Source: Lytechinus pictus
Lineage: Eukaryota
DNA: 64,000 bases
Direction: 5' to 3'
Assembly (NCBI RefSeq): GCF_037042905.1
Contig: NC_087251.1
Coordinates: 23,252,001-23,316,000 of the forward strand
The notes below the pieces were generated by a model. It worked only from the letters and a program-made list of their open reading frames with translations. It had not been told where the DNA came from and searched no databases. Below are positions 35,976 through 50,900 of the stretch, piece after piece (the first letter of the stretch is position 1; each line of letters starts with the position of its first letter). A program made the position numbers and the translations under genes.

Positions 35976-38900
35976 GTATGTTTCCTGCATCTCATGAAAT
36001 TCTCTGTCAAGATTTAACATTTATTATTTGCCTGCTAGTCAATTCATTGCTTATGTAGGTAATATTCAATAGAAAATCATGATGGCCATCTGTGTTAACT
36101 TAGACCACACTTTTATGGAGTGCCAGTTGTCAACTCATTCAATAAAAATTATTCTTATTTGGCTGAAAAAAAGTTGAAAAATTGATTGAGTCATGAAGTA
36201 GGAAGAATTTGAAAGTTATGAAAATATCATTAATTTTAATGAATTAATTGATGCATTATTATTGCCATGAATGGGGAAGAAATATTATGAAGCCACAAGC
36301 ACTCCATAGAAGTGAGGTTTAAAATAGAGTTGAACCTAGGTTTAATCATTAATCATGTTTTACATTGCCATACTATGATTTATACATTTAAAAATCCTTA
36401 GAACTTAATTTTCTTTTCTCTCACCTCATTTCTTCCTGTTGATTTACATAGTTATATCAGAAGAATGTATCTCTTAATAGAATTTATGACATTCTGAATA
36501 ACGAAACATTAGATCTGTATGGTGTTTGTGATGATTTTGCAACAAAACACACTGTATTATTTATGTTTCCATGATTCGAACAAAATGCTTTCACATATGA
36601 TAGCATTAGCATATTACGTAACATTGAAGATACATACATGTACTGTAAGTTCTATACAAATGACTAACGATGCAAAACAGCATAACCTTCCATTGCGTAA
36701 TCAAGTTAGTTAGTAGCACAGCTTTACATTGATCGATTGATTTGCTGTGTACAATGTACTGTGCATGCTGCATAGTGCACCAAGCATGGTAAAATACTGA
36801 TTTAACTGCCATGAGCCAATTGGTATTAACGTATATGTTCACTTGTAATCACTTTGGAAATTATTGATTTTATACGAGTATTAGAACAATTAAGTAGTGT
36901 AGCTACATGTATAAAACGATTCGACTGACCTACATGTGCATGTACTATAACCACTTGGCCACCAAGTTATTTTATCCATTTATTTAAAGGGCAACCTGAC
37001 AGGAGTTTGTTGTTTGGTGTTGGTTTGTATTGGTTAAAAAACATGTGGGTACCACGTGTGATCATTAATTTCTCTATAGCTAGCAGATGTTTTTATATAC
37101 ATGTAGGAACAGATTTAAAGGGGAAGATCACCCTGACGAAAAAATTTATTGTAAAATTAGCAGAAAAACTGATTTAAATAAAATTGTTGAAGGTGTGAGA
37201 AAAATCCCTTAAAAATTAAGAAAGTTATTAGAATTTTAAGTTTTTTGCTCATCCGGCCCTTCGGGCCGGATGAGCTTATGCCGTGGCGTGGCGTACGTCG
37301 ACTGTTGTCCGTCCACAATTTCAAAATGCTTCTTCTTCGCCATTTCAAGTCCGATTTCAATTCTGTTTGCTTTATATGATAGCACTAGGTGGGGGATTCA
37401 AAACTTCTACACAGAATTTTGAAATTCATTAAATATGCTAATTTATGCGCATTTTTCAAAATTCACAAAAAATGCTTCTTTATTTGTTGACCAATTTTGA
37501 ATTTTTTGCTTCCATCTGGTAGAGCTTCATGAGGTACACCAAACTTCAACACAGAATTTTGAAATTTTGACTAGAACAATTTTTTTTGCTAATTTATGCA
37601 TATTTTTAAAAATTCACATAAAATGCTTCTTCTTTATTTGTTGACCGATTTTGATTGTTTTTTCCTTCCATCTGGTAGAGCTTCATGAGGTTCACCAAAC
37701 CTATACACAGAATTTTTAAATTTGGAGTAGAAAATTATTTATGCTAATTTATGCAAAATTCATAAATCACAGAAAATGCCTCTTTATTTATTGACTGAAT
37801 TTCAATATGCTTCTTCTTCGTCACTTCAAGTCTGATTTCAATTCTGTTTGCTTTATATGATAGCATTAGGTGGGGGATTCAAAACTTCTACACAGAATTT
37901 TGAAACTCATTAAATATGCTAATTTATGCGTATTTTTAAAAATTCACATAAAATGCTTCTTCTTCTTTAATTGTTGACCGATTTTGAATTTTTGTCTTCC
38001 ATCTGGTAGAACTTCATAGGTTCACCAAATTTTTACACAGAATTTTGAAATTTTCAGTAGAAACTTATTTATGCTAATTTATGTGAAATTTATTCATAAA
38101 TCACAGAAAATACCTCTTCTTTTTATTTGTTGACCGATTTTGATTTTTTTTCTTCCATCTGGTAGAGCTGCATGAGGTTCACCAAACTTGTACACGAAAT
38201 TTTGAAATTTTGTCTAGAAAATTATTTATGCTAATTTATGCAAAATTTATTCATAAATCACAAAAATGTTTTTTCTTCTTCATTTGTTGATCAATTTCAA
38301 TTTTGTTTGCTTTATATGATAGCTCAAGGTGGTGATACAAAATTTCAACACAGAATTTTGAAACTCATTAAATATGCTAATTTATTCATATATTTTCTAA
38401 ACTCACAAAAAATACTTATTTATTTGTTGATTGATTTTGATTATTTTTGTTCCATCTGAGAGCTACATGAGGTTCGCCAAGGTTCTACACAGAGTTAAGA
38501 AATTTTTACTAGAAAATTATTTGTGCTTACATACATGTAATTTATATGAAATTTATTCATAGATCAGTAATTTATATGAAATTTATTCATAGATCACAAA
38601 AAATGCTTCAATGTCATTTCTTCATCAATTTCAATTCTATATCCTCAATTTATGTCACCAATATAATTCACTACAGTGTCAACTGGGCTGAAATTAAAAT
38701 TGTGTTAAATTTTGTTGCGAGATGCCGGATGAGCTCCACATTATTGATGTTCTAGTTGATTTGTGTAGTCATAACAGAGCAGCTGCCCCATATGTTATGT
38801 AATATAGAATGCATAAATTTCTTCTTCTTTTTTTTTTGGGGGGGGTGCTCCAGAGCACCCCTGCTTCCCAGGGCCATGTTTTTACAATGAACTTTTTGTC

Positions 38901-41900
38901 AATGTCAGGGTGAACTTCTCTTTAAAGGCAGAGTCAACCCCTATATTAAGTTGAAAATAATGAACAGAGAAATCAAATTGCCATAACACTGAAAATTTCA
39001 TGAAATTACATGTAGATGTAAAATAAGAATAGCATTCAAAAAGTTTCATACAGTTGTATTTGTAGTTTACACCAATTTGTGTGTGGGGGGGGGGGTAAAT
39101 GGAAGTATACATGTAGGGCCTACATATGTAGATTGAATCTATAAGATCATCCAATAAATCTCTGACTCACCAAGATAATAATGGCAATATAATGATTTTC
39201 CAGGGTTGATGCTCTTTCATAGTGATAGTAGGTATATTCTCTGTTTTGTGAAGGCTGAGTGATCTTGCAGAATGATATCCATCATACATGCTATTTCACA
39301 TTCTCTTTAGTTTTCTTCCTCTCCCTCTTCCTCTTTCTCCTCCTTTTCCTCTTTCTCTTCAGTATTCTCCCTCTTCCTCCTCTCTCTCTCCTTCCCATGC
39401 TGATCCTCTATCTCCTTCACTTAGTTTTATTGAGGCACCCAAAGAACTCAAATAGCCAACAAGAAAGTATATCAGTTTGTTTGCTGAAAAAGGGGGTCTT
39501 TGCCATAATGTGATTTATTGTGGGGACTGAATCTGATTATAAAAAAATAAATTCATGTTCTTTTCATCATGGTGAAATTGCGCCAATTCAATTTTAATGC
39601 TAACATTTTCTCTGCGGGAGAGATTTCTTAATGCCATAATGGCACGAGGTCACATGCTGGGGAATGTTGAAAGGCCCTCTTGAAAGTCTCTCAAAACGAA
39701 TGCATTCCAGCATGGTTTCAAGAGGGATTTAAAATTTGGGGGTAAACTGACAATTGTTCAACCATGAATGGATTTGGAGTTTTACCAGAGTAATGTACAT
39801 TTAGGTTTATGTACCATGAAGGTTGTGATACAAGCATAATCTTGTACAGGGATGATGTTTTGAGATTAGAGGTGAAGAAGCACTATGCTGTAAAAAGCAA
39901 AATGTAAGATACATTTTAGGAATTTACATTGAAAATAATGAGTAACTTGGAAAAGCGATCTTCAGAACATACAGTACATGTAACTAAAAGAAGAATAAAT
40001 CATGATGTGAAATGTATTTAGTATTGGTTATTTTTCTCACACCTTTGTATTGTGTTTCTAATTTTTCTTACATCATGAAAATGAAAACATATCTGCTAAA
40101 TGAACAAAAAAAGGGGATGGGGTACTGTAATTCACTACATTGAGGTAGCACCTTTACCGAGGCTACAATCGGTAAAGGTGACGCCCCATGTCCCAATAAA
40201 TCAGTTGCAAAACAACACAATAACTTACTGGGTTTAATGTTGTTTGGGACAATGTATTAATTCATCTTGGGTAGTCAATTTTTATTGACTGTCTAATTGA
40301 AAACAGTATATTTTTCAGTCAGAACCATAATTTCAAGGATTAATTTTTTTTAACAGTATTTGCGTGTTCATGTGGCATCTCTACATAGTACATTTCAAAT
40401 TTACAAATATTTGATCAAGCCAACACTGGAACATTTGTGTAAAAGTAAACCATACCATTCCTCTTTAATATCGTTAATCCTTTGGATTAGCAAGTCATAC
40501 TTTTGGGTCGATTTATTAATAGTTTGAATATCATACTCCTCAATTAATCTGAGAGTTGATACAGTATGCAGGGTAATATGATAATGAAGCTTGGAGCTTT
40601 TCTCTACTCCCTAGGCCTCTGTAGTCTTTTCTAATGGTTAACCCATTGCCTATTTGACCCCTGAATAAAGCCTACATGTACACTGTATCTGGGATTAGAT
40701 ACATAAATGTATAGTCCAGTCCAGTAGTCCATTGGTTAATCCATTATATTTCAAATGTTAATTTATGTTGTTTTTAAGTTATCAAATTTGATAATGTGAA
40801 AAAAAATGTGTATTTACATGTACTTCCTTAACAAACTCATCAGTTTGGTCTCTCCTTTCTTTCCACCCTTTCTCCTTTCCCTTTTCCTCTCATCAGCTTT
40901 TGATCTTGAAGTCTGTGGATTTATAATGTCATCTTTAATATTTGGTGATTCAGATTTTTACATACATTTCCCCCATATTCATTTTGGGGGTAATTTTTGT
41001 GTATTGTTTGATGATCTGAATTCTGAAGTACAGCAACTGCATTTATGATGTGTTTATCATCAATCAGCAATGTTGTATGTATGGTTTTAGATTTCAAGTT
41101 GGTGAAATTAGATTATAATTCAGGGCCACCAGCTCTTGATATCAAATTATTAGAAGGTTATAAGCCCAGATTTGTTACATGTACATTGACATTTAGTCTC
41201 CTCGCAGATAGCACACTGCATGCTCACATTATTTCATCGTAGCATGAGAGAGATCAGATACCATTTTCAAGGGAACAGTATAGGCTACCAATACGAAGAT
41301 GAGAATGTTATGATCTTTAATTGTGGAATGGTTGATAATTCTCATGTATTGCCTTCCAGGTCGACGCCTCCTAGACTGGCTCTGTTCCTCTTCCTCCCTG
41401 CCGTGCTCATCACCTCCTTATCAGGAGGATGGGAGTGTGACAAGTCCATCTTCTATCTCTGAAAACCAGTCTGCTGCTCATCTCCTATGTACCAATCTCC
41501 TTGATATTGGTATCCTACAACCCCTTGAGAGTACATCAGGGACTGACATGTTTAAGGTAGGTTACTAAAGTCATAAGACAGCTTGAAACTTAGCTTCATT
41601 CTATTTTTGGTTTTTAGGTGTCAGAATAAAGTTTTCTTGCAGTGGTCTGTTGAGGTATGTAAATTGTATGCCTCAGTCATCATGCAGGATTCTGAAGAAA
41701 GCAAGTTTTTGTGGTACCGGTAACATTTTTTCCATGTCAGTGTTCTGAACCCCTAATGAAACAAGTTTAAGTGACTGCTACAGCAAAATACGTATTTGTG
41801 TACATACCTGCTCATAATTGTAATTGATTGTAAAACTTATACTGGTATACTTTTTTTTAAACCTTTCTCACACTTGATATATACAAATAAAAACCTTATT

Positions 41901-44900
41901 GAATTGAAGTATGGAAGTAGGATTAGATAGTGTGTCCCATTTTACCTCATTTGTCCCCAAAAGCAAATTTGCTTGTCTACGAAAAGGGGGTTTACACATA
42001 TCTCATCCCATCTCTGCCTAATACTGCGTGCAAATAACGGAGAGAAGTTTCCATTTCATTGGCTATATTGTGAAAACTGGAGCTCCCTATTGGCTCCCAT
42101 AGACAGAGATGGCCATTAATAAATTACTCCTCAAAATTCAGAAACACTTGCCCATAGCAAACCCACCAGCCATTAGGATGGTCTTTATACACAGTTTTTA
42201 GGTGTATTTGTTGTCATTTCTTATTAAAGTGTGAGGATGAAATATACACTAAAAGATGGCGCTTTATATTTGTATTTTATTACCGCTGTCAAGTTCATGA
42301 ATTGTTCTCATATTTCTACGTTGCTGGGGCAAGCCACAGGATCCCTACACACACCATAACAGTTGGGGGCATTTTTCATGTTGCAAAATTATTAGATTAT
42401 TTCCCTGTACAATGAAATTATCACATCACATCGATCCATTCTTGTTTGATTGTTAACATGGCAACTGTTGTAAGAATGGTTGCTGAATAGTCAAATTACA
42501 TGCCCATGTTCATAAATCATCCATACAGATTTGAGCTCATAGTACTGTACAAGTATTTGCTCATGTAGTAGCACAATCATTTTGAAAAGAGAAAGTTAGA
42601 ACCAAGCCTTGCTTGATAAACTTTTATCATTAGTGGACATCATGCTCTGACGGGGAGATACCAATAATTAGTTTTACATCTTGGAAATCAGGGTAAGATA
42701 TATTGAAAACTGAAATTAATTCATTTACTAAGGTTAGTGGTTAGATCTTGAAGTGATGCTTATTTAAAATTACAATTGGAATAAAATGAAAGGATATTTT
42801 AGGCAAGTTTACAGTACCTTGAAGAATTTGATGTTTTCAAAAAGTAACAGATTTTGCTAGATATTGAATTTTATAAAATGAATGTATACAAAACTGTATT
42901 ATCACTCTTTCTCTCTCCCTCCATCCCCTCTCTACTTTTTCTCTCCTCTCCTCCCCCCTCTTTCCTGTCTTGTCTTCTCTTCTCTTTCATCTCTTCTTTC
43001 ATCCAACATCCTTTTTTCTCTCCTCTGTTTCTCATACCCTCCCCCTCTTCATCTCCTCATTCTATCTCCAGTTGGACTCTATGTACTGTTGGAGACATGA
43101 GAACCAACTCTCCTCGTCATCATCTCTCTCCAGTGGTTCTGTAGTTGCGTCCCCTGGCAAACTCACTCCTGTATGGCCCCCTCCAAAATCACCAGAGGAT
43201 GAAGACAAAAATGGTGGAAAATACACAGAAGCTGGTAAGTCAAGACATGAAATTGAGTGTGGTGGACATGTTATTCTTTCATTTCCCTGCCAGAAGAAAT
43301 GAATGAAAACCAGATTTTAGAGCAATATGTCCCCATTTCTTCCTTTAGACATGCTTTCTTCCCATCACATATATTCAAACCGCTTGGTGTTCCATTTTCT
43401 GTCTGATACTTTGTACATAACCCGAGGACTAGTTCCAGGATATTTAGGGTGCAATACAGCAATATAAGCTTTAATTTGTCCCACAAATGCCACAATTGAT
43501 GAATGCAATGAGTTCTTATGAATAGTAATTATGAAGCATCCATGCGTTTTGTTTGTAGCATTATATGAACTGGAGATAGTGATCTGCATTGAAAATGTTA
43601 AAAATTGGTAATAACTAATCTCCAAACACAATTTTTTAAAGCAATAACGACATACATGTGGGTGATGTAGAGTGATGTAGGTCATAGAATTGAAAATTGT
43701 GTATAGAGAGTGAAAGGAAAGGTTGGAGAATCATCATGCATGGTCTTGCTCCAATGTATTGTGGGAAAACAGAATGAATCAAGGTCTGATGCCAATCGAT
43801 GAAGCCGTAGACTGAATAGCCTGAACAATTTGCTTTGTATTGAGCCATGAAGTTCATTTTTTTTTTTATTGTTGAACCTTTATTCTCGGAACACAAAGTG
43901 GTTCTGTTCCTACATGTACATTGGTCTTCTTAAAAGATTATTATATAGGATTGCACAATTAATACACTCCTGAATAACTCTCATGTAAATCTTCAATTTG
44001 ATTTAATGTAGCATGCATGTTGCATTCAAACTGAAAAATGTGAGTAGTTTCAGCAGTCATGGTGATTGAACAAATTGATATTTTTTGTCATTTTCACTCA
44101 AAATTGAAATCAGGTTGAATAATCTTGTATATGAAAAACAAGTTGGTAGGAAAAGTTTGAATAAAAAAAATATTAATATTTTAACGCACTAGTTACTGCT
44201 TTCACCGTTTGATTGGATTCGAAAGTCTTTGGTGGGGGACATGTAGATGGTTTAAAGTCCACCCTGACATAGAAATAAAATAGATTTTAAAAATAATGAA
44301 TAGAGAAACATATGTTGTTGTTGGGTGGACTTGGCCTTTATGAAAGTGTATCAGCTTATGGATCATACAGGTAGGAATAACTGAAGGTTAATATTTAAGA
44401 TACTTTATCAATATTGGGATATTCATCGAGTGGAGGCTATGCCACTGTGCCTGTGACATGTAGGAGACAGATACACAGCTACGTGTAGGCCTAAACCAGC
44501 ACTGCAACTGTGCTGCACAAAATGCAAAGATGGGTACTTGAGTTATTATTACAAGTAGCGATTCCTTTTTCTAAATAATGGAGCTATGGCCACCCTCTTT
44601 CCAATATGTTTGTTATGTATTCATAGAGAGAAAAGTGAGGTGTCCTTAATGGCTTGCCAACTATAAAAAAGAGAGACAATATTTGGTTGTTGTATGCATG
44701 GCCTTAGTTCCTTCTTTGTTCCTCCCACCTCCTAAATTTCTGTTGATTATTCATCCGTTGTGTGTCTATGGGAACACAAACCTCACTTTGAACCTCGCAA
44801 ATAATATATGTGGGTGAGTCATGCTCTATATTCCTTTCCTTTCATCTTCTTTTGATAAGACAACCAGACCAACAAATTGATGCATAACATTAGCAAAGAA

Positions 44901-47900
44901 GGCCTTTTTTACCTTGTTGTTTTATGACTGTTAGCTAGGGGTGATAATTCAGTGAGAAAAATACATACTACAATTTTAGTAAAAGTATAGAAAATCCATA
45001 TAGATAAATTTATAAAATATTGTGTTCTTCTGCCCCCCCCCCCTCCTTTTGCCTCTTTGTCTTTGATGAAAGACTCCAGTCATGATACAACTTCAACAAC
45101 TTACACTGTTCATTTCCAAAACATCAACACTGAAGCTCGTTTACACAATGAGACTGAAAAGTAAATATACATGAAACAAATGAATCAAATTGAATGTGTT
45201 GGCTTGATTTTGATGAAATAGTTATAGTCACTGACAATTGCCGAAGTCCAACTTGTGCACTCCATTTTAGTGCTGCCAGCTTGTATTTGGTATTTGGATA
45301 TTTTATCAGATTGAATTAATTTTTCACTGAACTCTCACATGTCCAGAGATTGGAGACTATCAGAATCTACAATTAAAATATTTTCCAAAATACCGAAGTA
45401 CCAAGACCATGCTGAATTATAAACGTACCCTTAGATTTCCTTTTTTTTTTCTCATTATTTCTTGTGGGTGCATGAATATACCAAAATTTGCTGGTCATGA
45501 CTTAAAGTCTCAATATTTGTGCAATCACATCTATAAAAATCGCACTGATGCAAATCATGTAATTATGCATACTCTGTAGGCTACATGTAGAGTGCTACTC
45601 CTTTATCACATTGTAAATGCCATTTTAATTGACACATGTATTAGTCTATAAACATTTATATTTTATCAAGAAAATAAAGATTTTTGTGAGGGCAACAAAT
45701 GTGCTTAGTATTATATTGTACATAGAAGATGAGATTTGTTCATGTAGGGCAAACAATGTTACTAGTACAGGTTAATACTTGACACTGAAATCCATGTTCC
45801 TGACCGACTCTTGAGACTGTACAATGTAGTCTGATGCATGGATAAATCCAGATCACCAATCTGCAGCACTCTCCCCCAGGCCCCAGGGACTGAAAAGAAT
45901 GAGTTTTCAGTACCTATCCCATCCCCCACAATTTGTTATAACAAGAACCTACAGACTTCAAAGTGAACAGTAAGACCTAATAACTTTGAGCCACCATGCA
46001 AATAAAACCAACAGAAGGAACATAGGTATAGGCCCTAAAAGATCCTCTTCCATTACAAGAGGAATTACTGCTAATAGGAAATAATTAAATGCAAGATTGA
46101 ACAGTGTACATGATAAGTCTTCCTGATACTTGATCAGACTGATACTTGTACTGTGCCTTGATAATGAAAGAACATTTTCATCAGTGTCAGGAATGGAAAA
46201 ACTTGCTTTTTGAATTATTTTAGCCATCTGATATTCAACAATAATATTACTCTTATAGTATTGTATTCCAGGTCATGTTCAGTGTTTATGATTGTCAAAA
46301 TTCAGAGCCAAGACAAACATGTACTTTATACGATTTTTATCCGTCAAATAGAATGTTAGTTTATTTATGTGGGAAACTATAGATGTTTATATATCCAAAT
46401 ATTATTAAAATGCTGATTAATCATAATTTTTTTCCCTCTTCATTGAAAAAAATAAATAATTGTACTAGTATGTAGTCCTTGGATGTAAATGATTGATACA
46501 TGTGTACAATGTAGGTAGCTAACAAATAATATCCAACCCTACCCTTCTCTGGGATATGTCATGATCACCACCTACTCATCACAATCTCAGAGTTATTAAA
46601 TAAAGAAAGGATCTTGAGCCTGAAGCAAACATTCCTACTCCCCATCATAACACTGTCAAATTGACATAGCTACACCTCAAACAAGCTGTAACCTTTAGAG
46701 ATCTTACCCTACCAGGCATTCCTACACGAGTCTAGGATTGCCAGTCAGTATTGGTAATGTTTTCATTGTTAAAGGATATACATGTAGAATGGCACATTTC
46801 AGTATGATGTATTAATATTGTTTTAAAGGACATTTAGTCAGTTACATGTACATTATAGTTAGACTTTTTTCCTCATTTCCATTTCTTTCTTTTCTTACGT
46901 GTATATGCAAAAGTTTTTTTCACAAGAGAATTATATTACTATTAGAGGGTAATATAATTATGTATTTCCCACTATTATATATAAGACAAACTTGTGTATT
47001 TTTTTATGATTCTGAGAAGTGAATAATGAGGATGCATCATAACAAGTTTAGATTTTGATCTAGGGGAAGTGTAAATATATGTTTAGACAAAAATTATCCA
47101 TGGATTTTTATTTGAATTACCTCACATTTATCTTGAAAAAAAGGAAAAAGGAAAAATTAGTCCATTATATCAGTACATTGTAATAGTTTTGCTGGTATGG
47201 TTGAACTGAAGTATTATGTTATTCATGCAGTTTTATCAATTCATAGTCCGTCCATCAGATCAGATTCAGAAGAAGTACATAATTGCCTTGGTGGTCAAAT
47301 TCATATATATTTATCAATCTAACCAATACATTTGAATTAGCTGGAAAGCTCTCTAGATCCCAAGCACTTACAAAGAGATCAATATGAAAATTCAATATCA
47401 GGGCTCCATCATGGCTAATTGAACCCTGAATTCCCCTGATATTAACGGTGGGTGAGAAAAATTTTCGGTTCATTTGAAACTGATAATTACTTGTTCTGTG
47501 TGATTGAGCTATTCTTTCTCTGATGAGCTTTAATTCTGGTGCATGATACCAATAGTACATTGCATTTTCAAATCACTGATATACAGCTAAAGCAGCTTTT
47601 CCCTGGGAGATGGAGATGGTTTATTTGTGTTATATTTATGTGACAATCTCATCTTCTTTTGCTATGTACAAGGTTTAAATTGATAGACAACTTTACCTAG
47701 CAATACATGTACATGGAGAATTTGAATTTTTTTAATGGTCGCATTACCTGTACAGTACTTCTCAGATTTGTATAGATATGAAAACTTGATTGCAACCTTT
47801 GATATGGGAGGCACTCATTTTTATCACTGTACTTTACTGTTTAAGACACGATTTGCGCGCGGCACATTTTGGGTGTAAATAAATGCCCAAAATTAGAAAA

Positions 47901-50900
47901 AGGATTTTTAGAAAGAAAATATGTACATGTAGGCAAAGAAAAACAAGAAAAAAGGGCATGTCAACTTTGAACTGGAATATGTACACTCACATTTAAGTAT
48001 TTTCTTCCATATTGGTTAATATTTTCATATAATTTAAATTCTTTATATTGGACATGTTTCATTGAGTTTACACTTTTTATATTCCATTCCCCCCCCCCCC
48101 CACACACACACACACTTTTGTTCAATTGCTAAAAAAATGTCATCTTTCATTCGAGGAAGCATGAAATATAGACAAGTTTTATTGACAATAGGAAAACAGA
48201 GACAAGGTTAAATCAATGAATTTATACACATCAACGTGGCAGTCACAATAGGTGTATTGATCTATTGTACTTGAACGTTCGTTCCCACATTCACCTTGTA
48301 TTGGTTATGTCTTGTCAAGACAAACTGGTACATCAAAATCAATATTACAGAAGTCACATTTGTGTAAATATTGCTTGAAAGGAGACTGGTTTTATTGACC
48401 AGGGAAAATAGAGAGTTTCCATATAATCAATGATTATGCTCATGAATACGATATGTATCATTAGGCCTGGAATTGCATGTACATGTAGAATACTTTTTTT
48501 TATTTGAAAACTCACCACCAATCTAAATTTAGAATTTCACCTGTATGTGTACTCTTAATGAATAGTTATATTCCAATGTGTCAACAGAAAAAAAATCCAT
48601 AGCAAAATTGATAATGATATTCAATCAAAATATACACTGTAGACATAATAGATTAAAAATCAACCAAACAATCATGTGTTTGAAAGAAAATATACCAGGT
48701 GGGTGTTTCATAAAGATGTTAGTAAGATAAGAGCGACTTTAAGAACGACTGGTGATCCTTTTTTTGGTAAATGGTAAACACCATTGGCGATAGTTTAGCG
48801 CGTAAGAAAGGTTCACCAGTCGTTCTTAAAGTCGCTTTTAACTTTTGAACAGCTTTATGAAACGGTCCCCTGATGAAGTAAACTATACTAGTTATGATTT
48901 GTTTTTTTCTTTTCATTTTTTTTTGTCTTGTATAATGTGCAATTTCATTGAACATTTTTTTTTTTCAGTCGGGTTATAATTGGTGGACAAGCAGACTATG
49001 TTTGATTTCACCTGAAAAAATATCTGTCCTTGTAGGAGTGTCCACATGATAATCTGAATTTATACACTCATTCTTTTCCCCTTCTCTCCAAAGATACAAT
49101 GCATTATGGTGTCCTGTTAAAAAAAAAAAAAAGAGGGAGAGAGTAATGATAGAAAGACCATGGGAGTTCAATTTGGAGACAGAGAACAAATACTGTGAAA
49201 TGGATTATAAGTGCAATTAGTACAAAGTTAGAAAAAAAATAGAGAATACAAACATTTTTACTTATACACTATTCAAAATCATATTGATGATAAATATTCA
49301 ACAATTATCTTTGTTGGGCATTCGGAAAAGCATAAAACAAAGAGAACAAATTAACAACAGGTGTTTTAGAACACATAATCATCCATACATATTAGCCAGT
49401 TGTAATCAGGGGGGGGGGGTGTTTGTTTTTACAAATCCATTTAAATGCTGAGGCTAATGAAGTTGACTGCCATATATTGATATGTGACCAAGTTACTATT
49501 GATCAGAGCAAGGCTGTGTACTTTCCCCAACAGCTCCAGCAAAGGACAACACAGCCTGAATTAGCTACTCTAATTTCCTGCATATACGATTACAAGACTG
49601 TTGTAGCGATCAAATGAGGATTCATGATATGAATACACGCACCAGCAGATGGTTGCGAGGCAGGGATTTTCAGAGCTCTGTGGTTATATTATGTGCGTCT
49701 GACATTTCACTATGATGGGATTATTTGATATAAGATTGTTATGATAATAGGGAATGTGCATCATGAGGGAGTTTATTTTGGCTATTAAGATATAATGTAA
49801 TTAAAACATGGTGCTTGTTTTGAGTGAGAATGACATATGTGGAGATGAGTAGAAATAAAAAATAGCTTACAAGAGTATGGTATGGTTGTACATGTAGACT
49901 TCAATTCTGAATATTGCATGTGACACAGGATTGTATTTCCTTCAGAGAGGGAAGGATAAAGAATGAGGAGAGGGAGAAAAAAAAAAGCACAAGACGGAGG
50001 GAATGAATCATTGTAGGTTAGCAGTGGCATATCTTTAGGTACATGTACATTTAGGGTAAAAAATCACCTAGGGCAAATGCTTAAATCTGTCACACAACAA
50101 TTGCTCCAGGCTTTATTTCGACTAAGATAAAGGGTTGAGTTACGGTTGCAATAGGGTTTCATATTAGGTTTAGGGTTAGGTTTAGGATAGTGTATTGTGT
50201 TAAATCCTTGATTTTCTTCTTTTTTTATACTTTTTTTGTCATTTCCCCCCCCCCCTTTGTCCAGCCCATTTACACCTCTGTATCTCAGAAATATAGGTTC
50301 AGATCGAGGTCAAGACTTTACACGCAATATTTTCGCCGTGCGAAATATTTTGACCGCGCCGCTTGCTGACTTTTTACTTTCAAGTCTTAAGCAACTTTTG
50401 AGACCAGTTTTCCGACACCAGGGTACGCGGTTCCGAAATTACGCAACATTATGTAGGTGCATGTCAGACAAAAAATTGTTCAAAAACGTGATTTCGTGTA
50501 CAAAGTGAATGCAAATTGTGTTTTCAACCAAAAATCATAAATGTATGATTATTTTTATTTTTACTGGTCTATTAAAATGTATGTATTTTATGCTGTTTAT
50601 GATCTCAGAAGAGTCCCCAACAAATTTCATTGAAAAAACAAAGAAAAACAAAAGGTCCAAAAACAAAGGAATACATAATAAATTGCAAAAAACAATATAA
50701 TGCATATGAAATTTATCTTATATCGCAATTTTTCTTCATGTACACTTGCTAAGAACACCACAAAGAGTTTTTATGCCAAAAATTTGAACATTTGGAGCTT
50801 TATTTAGGGAGTTAGAGGGAAAAGTATGATTTTGCTTACTAATTACGCACAAATTAGCATAATCACTTAATAGCAATTTGCATGAAATGAATTACTTTAC

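Noticed and set aside
35976..36058. ORF 34205-36058 as a complete single-exon gene
   Set aside because: The donor at 35976 joins in phase to the formin exon at 41360; the tail is intron read-through
39259..39513. Hydrophobic ORFs here and at 42854-43144 as membrane proteins
   Set aside because: Translations of CT-rich low-complexity intron tracts
50160..50190. TTAGGG-like runs as interstitial telomere
   Set aside because: Only a few degenerate units, within a repeat fragment whose relative appears inverted at about 31290-31420
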